A stretch of 64,000 nt of DNA from Candidatus Gastranaerophilales bacterium (lineage in GTDB: Bacteria > Cyanobacteriota > Vampirovibrionia > Gastranaerophilales > Gastranaerophilaceae), in contig CALUSG010000044.1 of the NCBI GenBank assembly GCA_944323365.1, forward strand, positions 5,197-69,196, written 5' to 3'. The notes under the pieces are model-generated. The model did no database searches. It saw nothing but the letters and a program-made list of their open reading frames with translations, and was not told where the DNA came from. Of the stretch, positions 58,919 through 64,000 are shown piece after piece (positions within the stretch are counted from its first letter, which is position 1; each line of letters opens with the position of its first letter). The position numbers and the translations under genes are program-made.

Positions 58919-58927
58919 GGGGGGGGG
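58919..58927. repeat. G9 homopolymer tract
   Basis: cctcaGGGGGGGGGtctac. No other G or C run longer than 5 noted by eye in the window. About 215 bp upstream of the first pilin-like gene. Confidence 0.95.
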
Positions 58928-58972
58928 TCTACTTACTCTAAGCTAAGCAATCCGTTAATATATACAAAAAAT

Positions 58973-59095
58973 AAAACCTCGTTGCAGTCATATATTGCTA
59001 TGAACAAACAAGATACAGCGAATCTTTCTTGTCAAAAAAGATTATTGACTTCACCTTTCAATAATCTTCGGCTGCAATGGGGTTTTATTTTTTGT
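58973..59095 (+). promoter_or_regulatory. structured leader or attenuator-like RNA element upstream of the pilin-like genes
   Basis: 17-bp helix 58973-89 / 59070-86 (3 G.U pairs, so valid only as plus-strand RNA). It encloses a perfect 11-bp hairpin 59038-48 / 59058-68 and is followed by UUUUAUUUUUU. Confidence 0.45.
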
Positions 59096-59143
59096 ATGGA
59101 GCCAAAAAGTTAACGATAGTTGTAAAAAAGAAAGGTAAGAATT

Positions 59144-59926
59144 ATGACAAAAAGATTTGGTTTTACTTTGGCAGAAGTGTTAATTACATTAGGTATTATA
59201 GGTGTTGTCGCTGCCATGACAATTCCGACATTGATTTCAAACACAAATGGAGCACAGTTTAAATCAGCTTACAAAAAAGCTCTTTCAAGCTTAAATCAGG
59301 CTGTTTTAATGAACGTTGCAATGGAAGACACAGATTTCAGGACATTAGTAAAGGATGATGACGACCATGGTAGTGGCACTCTTGCTAGAATGTTAACTGA
59401 TAGACTTCAGTCAGCAACCGATATGACCGATACATATTTTGCCGAGGTCGCTGAAAATAGTAATGGAATAACCTCTGATACTACATTAGATGTAACAGTT
59501 AATTGTACATTAAATGATTTAGCTGATAGTTCTGAGGATGCAGAAGAGGGCTCAATAGAGTCAATATGCGAGCAAGCAAGAAGTGAGCTTATTGCTCAAG
59601 ATGCTCCTGCATCGGTTCCAAAACCAGGTACAATTAATTTTAATCCAACAGCAAATGATTACTATGTATATGCATTAGCAGACGGAACATATTTTGGATT
59701 TTCAAAAAGAGCAGAAAATTGTACTAAAGGAAACACAATGTGCCATGGATTTATTGATGTAAATGGTTCAACAAATCCGAATACGGTAATTGCTTGTGAC
59801 GACGAAGATGCTGATACATGTGAAGTAGACAATTCAAATGTAAGAGATATTTATCCTGTATTATTCTATGAACAGACCGTAGAACCGGCAACAAAAGCAG
59901 CAAGAACAGTATTATTTGGTAAATAA
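59144..59926 (+). CDS. prepilin-type (type IV pilin / pseudopilin-like) protein, copy 1
   Basis: MTKRFG|FTLAEVLITLGIIGVVAAMTIP: G-F cleavage site with Glu at +5 and a hydrophobic helix. Six Cys. Confidence 0.8.
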   Translation: MTKRFGFTLAEVLITLGIIGVVAAMTIPTLISNTNGAQFKSAYKKALSSLNQAVLMNVAMEDTDFRTLVKDDDDHGSGTLARMLTDRLQSATDMTDTYFAEVAENSNGITSDTTLDVTVNCTLNDLADSSEDAEEGSIESICEQARSELIAQDAPASVPKPGTINFNPTANDYYVYALADGTYFGFSKRAENCTKGNTMCHGFIDVNGSTNPNTVIACDDEDADTCEVDNSNVRDIYPVLFYEQTVEPATKAARTVLFGK

Positions 59927-59944
59927 TTAAAGAAAGGTAAGAAT

Positions 59945-60700
59945 ATGACAAAAAGATTTGGTTTTACTTTGGCAGAAGTATTAATTACATTAGGTATTAT
60001 AGGTGTTGTAGCTGCCATGACAATCCCGACATTGATTTCAAACACAAACGGAGCACAGTTTAAATCAGCTTATAAAAAAGCTTTATCAACATTAAACCAG
60101 GCAGTATTGATGAACGTTGCAATGAATGATACCGATTTTAGTACTGTAGTTGCGGATGATGCAGATTCAGGAGTAAAGATGTCAGCTATATTAACAGAAC
60201 ACTTGCAATCAGCAACAGAAGATCCAACATATTTTACATCTGACGAAAAAAATACAAAAGGCCTTCCGGCTACAGATATAGGCTATGATATTACTTGTGA
60301 TGCTGTAGTTAACGGTGGAAACACGACTTATGAACTTCCTGATGATGCACCTACTGGAGCGGGTACTTGTGATCAGACAGGTAAAGCTCATGTTACAAAA
60401 CTTACTTCAGCGACTACGACTGAGTACAAAGTTTATAACTTAGCAGACGGAACAACATTTATTTATAATATAAATGCAGAGAAATGTACGGATGAATCAG
60501 CATTAGAGAATGATTGTTATGGATTTATAGATGTTAATGGCGGAACAAATCCAAATACAATTATCGCTTGTGATGATCCGGCAGCTGCAACTTGCGAAGT
60601 AGACAATTCAAATGTAAGAGATATTTATCCTGTAATTTTCCACGGACAGACCGTAGAACCGGCAACAGATGCAGCAAGAACTGTATTGTTCGGTAAATAA
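59945..60700 (+). CDS. prepilin-type (type IV pilin / pseudopilin-like) protein, copy 2
   Basis: First 48 aa identical to copy 1, last ~65 aa about 80 percent identical by eye, centre unrelated. The same AAAGAAAGGTAAGAAT ribosome-binding region is duplicated. Confidence 0.8.
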   Translation: MTKRFGFTLAEVLITLGIIGVVAAMTIPTLISNTNGAQFKSAYKKALSTLNQAVLMNVAMNDTDFSTVVADDADSGVKMSAILTEHLQSATEDPTYFTSDEKNTKGLPATDIGYDITCDAVVNGGNTTYELPDDAPTGAGTCDQTGKAHVTKLTSATTTEYKVYNLADGTTFIYNINAEKCTDESALENDCYGFIDVNGGTNPNTIIACDDPAAATCEVDNSNVRDIYPVIFHGQTVEPATDAARTVLFGK

Positions 60701-60721
60701 TAACAGTAAATATTCATTAGA

Positions 60722-60750
60722 GAAGACAGCAAGAGCTGTCTTCTTTTTTT
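60722..60750 (+). terminator. intrinsic terminator after the pilin-like pair
   Basis: GAAGACAGC-AAGA-GCTGTCTTC followed by T7. Confidence 0.85.
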
Positions 60751-60756
60751 ATTATC

Positions 60757-60788
60757 AAAAAAAAGACGGTCAATTTGACCGTCAAAAA
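60757..60788 (-). terminator. intrinsic terminator after pgk
   Basis: Minus strand GACGGUC-AAAUU-GACCGUC followed by U8. Confidence 0.8.
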
Positions 60789-60806
60789 TAATTAGATAAA
60801 AAGATG

Positions 60807-62009
60807 CTATTTATTATCTAATGCTGCAACACCGGGGAGAACTTTTCCTTCAATAAATTCTAATGAAGCTCCGCCACCGGTAGAAACATGGGTGAATTTA
60901 TCTGCGTCTGATAATTTTTTAGCTGCTGAAACAGAGTCTCCACCACCTATTACTGATATAGCTCCATTTTCTGTCGCTTCAACGATTGCATCTAATACAG
61001 CTTTTGTTCCTTCTGCAAATGCAGGATTTTCAAAAGCTCCTACAGGACCGTTCATCAAAATAGTTTTTGAAGATTTAATGACATCTTCAAATTCTTTTTG
61101 AGTTTTAGGGCCGGCATCAACACCTTCAAATTCATCAGGAATATTATTTACGTCAACAACTTTGTTTGTTCCGTTTCCTGAAAAATCATCTGTTACTAAA
61201 ACATCAATCGGTAACACAAGTTTTACGCCTTTTTCTTGAGCTTTCTTTTCAATATTTTTTGCAACATCAAGTTGATCATTTTCACAAATTGATTTTCCAA
61301 TGTTTCCGCCGTTTGCTTTAACAAAAGTATATGCCATACCGCCGCCGATGATTAAGTTATCAACTTTGTCGCTTAAGTTTTCTAAAACACCTATTTTAGA
61401 AGAAACTTTAGCTCCGCCAACAACCGCAGTAAATGGTCTTACAGGATTTTCAAGAGCTTGTGACAAGCATCTTATTTCTTTTTCCATTAATAAACCTGAA
61501 ACAGCCGGTTTTAAAACTTTTGCTAATTTAGCTGTAGATGTATGGTTTCTGTGAGCAGCTCCAAATGCATCATTTACATAAAAATCACCAAGTTTTGCTA
61601 ATTCGTTTGCAAAAGTCATATCATCGTCTTTTGCTTCTTCTGCTTTATAGAAACGAATATTTTCTAATAACGCAACTTGTCCGTCTTTAAGGTTTTCTAA
61701 TTCTTTTTCAGCACCTTTTCCAACCGGAGTTGATACAAATAAAACATCTTCACCCATAACTTTTGACATATATTTTGCAACAGGTTCTAATGAAAATTCT
61801 GTATTCCATTCACCTTTTGGTCTGCCTAAGTGTGCCATAAGAATAACTTTTGCACCTTTGTCTTTTAAGTAGTTTACAGTTGGCATAATTGCTTGAATTC
61901 TTGTATCATCTGTAACATTTTTGTCTGCATCAAGCGGAACATTAATATCTACTCTTACTAGAGCACGTTTTCCTTCAATGTCACCTAAATCTTTAATAGA
62001 TTTTTTCAT
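60807..62009 (-). CDS. pgk: phosphoglycerate kinase (canonical start; the frame stays open to 62180)
   Basis: ALVRVDINVPLD, FYVNDAFGAAHR, GGGDS. GGAGAG lies 6 nt before ATG 62009. Confidence 0.92.
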   Translation of the reverse strand: MKKSIKDLGDIEGKRALVRVDINVPLDADKNVTDDTRIQAIMPTVNYLKDKGAKVILMAHLGRPKGEWNTEFSLEPVAKYMSKVMGEDVLFVSTPVGKGAEKELENLKDGQVALLENIRFYKAEEAKDDDMTFANELAKLGDFYVNDAFGAAHRNHTSTAKLAKVLKPAVSGLLMEKEIRCLSQALENPVRPFTAVVGGAKVSSKIGVLENLSDKVDNLIIGGGMAYTFVKANGGNIGKSICENDQLDVAKNIEKKAQEKGVKLVLPIDVLVTDDFSGNGTNKVVDVNNIPDEFEGVDAGPKTQKEFEDVIKSSKTILMNGPVGAFENPAFAEGTKAVLDAIVEATENGAISVIGGGDSVSAAKKLSDADKFTHVSTGGGASLEFIEGKVLPGVAALDNK

Positions 62010-62355
62010 AATTGTCTCTCCTTTTTTTTCTCTCATTTTTAAAACAGAATTTGTATCTACAAACGGAATGTCATAATCTTTTTGGCTTTGTTCTTTTGTT
62101 GAAACTTTGTCGGATGCATTGCTTTTACCTGTAAAATATAATGGTAAAATACTAAACGAATTGATTGAATAAACTTGCATTAAATAATTCTCCTATAATT
62201 TACCTCTGTTATTATATCAAAAACAAACATAAATAATCTTGTTATTTTAAAAAATAAGTATTTACAAATATTTACATTGGAAATTCACCCGACTGTGGAA
62301 TTCTAAAAAATTTAAATAGAAGGATAACATGAACGTAAAGAAAGGATAAAAGATT

Positions 62356-62817
62356 ATGAAAAAACATTTGTGGTTAATAGTGGTATGTTTAGTTGCTTTT
62401 GTTGCCGGCTATTCAATAAACAGTAAAGCAATATCCGATACGGGTTTTAGGGTAGCAGTAGTAGATGTTCAGTCATTAATTTCAAAATCATCTCAGGTTA
62501 GTGCGTTAAAAGCCGAACAACAGAAAAAAGTAGACGAAATGAAGGCGACTGTCGATAAAGCAAGACAAGAAATAGCAAAAGAAACAGATCCTGCAAAAAT
62601 TAATCAATTAGAAGAAAAATACAGAAACGAGATAAATAATCAAAAAGTTGCTCTTGATAATGATTACAACACAAAATTGATGCAAATAGATTCAAACATT
62701 AAATCTATTGTCGTTCAAAAGGCTAAAGAAATGAAGTATAATATTGTTTTACCTAAAAATATGGTTTTATACGGCGGAGATGACATAACGGCGGAAGTTT
62801 CAAAAACAGTAAAATAA
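62356..62817 (+). CDS. skp: OmpH/Skp-family periplasmic chaperone
   Basis: Signal peptide; VAVVDVQSLISKSSQ followed by a long coiled coil. Confidence 0.8.
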   Translation: MKKHLWLIVVCLVAFVAGYSINSKAISDTGFRVAVVDVQSLISKSSQVSALKAEQQKKVDEMKATVDKARQEIAKETDPAKINQLEEKYRNEINNQKVALDNDYNTKLMQIDSNIKSIVVQKAKEMKYNIVLPKNMVLYGGDDITAEVSKTVK

Positions 62818-62846
62818 TAAAAAACCGGGATATCCCGGTTTTTTTA
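62818..62846. terminator. bidirectional intrinsic terminator
   Basis: A-run, CCGGG-ATAT-CCCGG, T7. Confidence 0.85.
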
Positions 62847-63458
62847 ATAAACGAAAATTTTTAACTTTCCTTCTTTATCTCCGTAATGAGAAAAAGTAAT
62901 TATTCCGGGATGTTTGATGGTTATGAGTCCTGTGATATAAGGATTTTTGATATTTTGTGGTTTATAAGAAAATTTATAGTAATTGTTTTCTGTATCATTT
63001 AACAAAAGAACTGTTTTTTTCTTGAAAAAAGGTTTGTTTAAGCTTAATTTTCCGTTTTTAAATTGGGAAATTCTTATAATTTCGGCATTAGGGAAAATCG
63101 TTTTAAGATAATCAATAGAAAGAGGTTTTTCAATGAATTTACCATCCTCATAGACAATTTCATTATATCTTAATTCAGCATTATTTATAGCGATTAATTT
63201 TCCATCAAAAATGAATTCATAGTTAGAAGATAAAAACACAGCGAGATTTCCGTCACTAAAATAATATTGAGAAAAACTTCCGGTTCCTGATGACGTTTTT
63301 TTAGTTAAAACAATTCGTTCATCTGTTAAAAGACCGAAACTCCAAGATTGGGTTTGAGGCATGTAAAAGACTTCCTGACCGTCATTTACGCTATCAAAGG
63401 CAAAACATGATAAACAACACCCAAAGAATACAAATATAATTAATAATAATTTCTTCAC
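62844..63458 (-). CDS. hypothetical secreted protein or lipoprotein
   Basis: GGAG lies 8 nt before GTG 63458, giving MKKLLLIIFVFFGCCLSCFA. The tracked ATG at 63512 has no SD. Confidence 0.5.
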   Translation of the reverse strand: MKKLLLIIFVFFGCCLSCFAFDSVNDGQEVFYMPQTQSWSFGLLTDERIVLTKKTSSGTGSFSQYYFSDGNLAVFLSSNYEFIFDGKLIAINNAELRYNEIVYEDGKFIEKPLSIDYLKTIFPNAEIIRISQFKNGKLSLNKPFFKKKTVLLLNDTENNYYKFSYKPQNIKNPYITGLITIKHPGIITFSHYGDKEGKLKIFVY

Positions 63459-63530
63459 AACTTTAACTCCTTTCATAAACCATATGATATAAAAAGCTGT
63501 GAATAAAATCAAGCGGACTATTTGTCCGCT

Positions 63531-64000
63531 CTAGTTATTATAATTTTTATATTTGTAGCTTAACATACTATAAGAGCCGGTGTCAGATGAAGAAGAGTCA
63601 TCACCGTAGAAGGTTGACATTTCAGTTGCTCTTTTATGATTAAACTCATCCATTTTTTCTTGTCGGGAAGCACCGTAGCTAAAAGCAGAAATTTCAGCAC
63701 TTGTAACTCTGCCATCGTGATTTGTATCCATTTCGTCAAAGTGTTCAAGAATATTATTAATTGTGTCGGAAGATAGTCCGCTTGCACCGGTTGCGGCTAA
63801 TTGTGTTAGTTCTGTTCTTGAAATTCCTTTGGAGGAAAGCATATTTGTAAAGTTGGTTATTTCATCAGAGCCTATTACACCATCGCCATCTTTATCTATA
63901 GAATTAAAATTTGTCTGCAAGTATGATGCAAAACTTTGATTAAGATTTAAATAATTTTTTGAATCTGTTCTTGCATTAGAAATGCTTTCAAGTGTTACTC
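63531..64000 (-). CDS. EF-hand calcium-binding protein (5' end outside window)
   Basis: Two canonical loops, DKDGDGVIGSDE and DTNHDGRVTSAE. The frame stays open upstream of the tracked TTG to the window edge. Confidence 0.6.
   Translation of the reverse strand, partial: VTLESISNARTDSKNYLNLNQSFASYLQTNFNSIDKDGDGVIGSDEITNFTNMLSSKGISRTELTQLAATGASGLSSDTINNILEHFDEMDTNHDGRVTSAEISAFSYGASRQEKMDEFNHKRATEMSTFYGDDSSSSDTGSYSMLSYKYKNYNN

Noticed and set aside
58881-58927. Possible GEMM-I (c-di-GMP-I) riboswitch, because ACGATAAGCCTCAGG resembles the ACGCAAAGCCUCCGG core and CCCAAACCC resembles GGCAAACC
   Set aside because: The spacing between the two segments (5 nt) is far too short to form the P1 hairpin with its GNRA loop, and I could not draw the second hairpin. 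I treat the resemblance as coincidental unless a covariance-model scan says otherwise.
58860-59143. tmRNA, SRP RNA, 6S RNA or RNase P RNA in the long spacer
   Set aside because: None of the hallmarks I remember is present: a tRNA-like acceptor end with a tag ORF, the SRP GGAA/AGCA domain IV loop, or RNase P conserved regions.
59077-59262. 61-aa plus-strand ORF overlapping the leader element and the start of pilin-like gene 1
   Set aside because: It is out of frame with, and overlapped by, a well-supported gene (prepilin signature, RBS). It begins inside the U-tract of the hairpin.
10-63787. About 50 short ORFs (60-140 aa) in the track that lie antisense to or out of frame within larger genes. 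Examples: 10-204, 1287-1529, 7120-7341, 12569-12832, 13867-14067, 17192-17461, 19472-19663, 23988-24404, 25189-25578, 27675-28095, 39680-40243, 41010-41275, 47371-47638, 48739-49044, 52587-53014, 53563-54073, 60892-61554, 63560-63787.
   Set aside because: Each is fully embedded in a longer ORF with clear family motifs. Their products are low-complexity or Cys/Phe/Ser-rich, as expected from shadow frames. None has a convincing SD or promoter.
1-64000. CRISPR arrays, rRNA genes, transposases/IS elements, prophage or integrative islands
   Set aside because: I saw no regularly spaced 25-40-bp direct repeats and no cas-like, transposase-like or phage structural ORFs. The only recombinase (26051-26899) has XerC/D housekeeping features, has no flanking direct or inverted repeats that I could find, and is not adjacent to the tRNA.

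Overview
AT-rich (by eye about one-third G+C, not computed), densely coding bacterial chromosomal window with about 72 CDS and one tRNA-Ala. Housekeeping genes dominate: hom-thrC, dnaG-rpoD, hisS, lepA, metG, der, recJ, aroC/aroB/aroK, dnaN, pgk, tdk, bioB and thiF/thiS. Skp/OmpH, a porin-like barrel, a Ctp protease and many signal-peptide and TPR proteins indicate a diderm. Prepilin-type N-termini, a Mini-III RNase and a dnaN-linked origin without dnaA fit a low-GC, cyanobacteria-related non-photosynthetic (Melainabacteria-like) lineage, but that is inference only. I saw no CRISPR array, rRNA, transposase, prophage or recognisable defence island. Main observations: (1) an oriC-like region upstream of dnaN with five perfect TTTTCTACA boxes and no dnaA nearby. 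(2) Two tandem prepilin-type genes with near-identical ends and a hypervariable core, preceded by a unique G9 tract and a structured, U-tailed leader RNA element. (3) A recurring promoter-to-ATG geometry implying leaderless mRNAs for at least nine genes, including back-to-back der/recJ. (4) pgk with an open 57-codon N-terminal extension whose IN-x5-P-x2-F-x-GK motif recurs at the N-terminus of unrelated proteins. (5) A promoter, mini-ORF and terminator module in front of a leaderless hisS, which is translationally coupled to a degenerate nucleotidyltransferase and a 61-aa ORF. (6) A repeat-rich control region next to a solo LuxR-type regulator. All functional calls come from motif reading by eye; no database search was possible.
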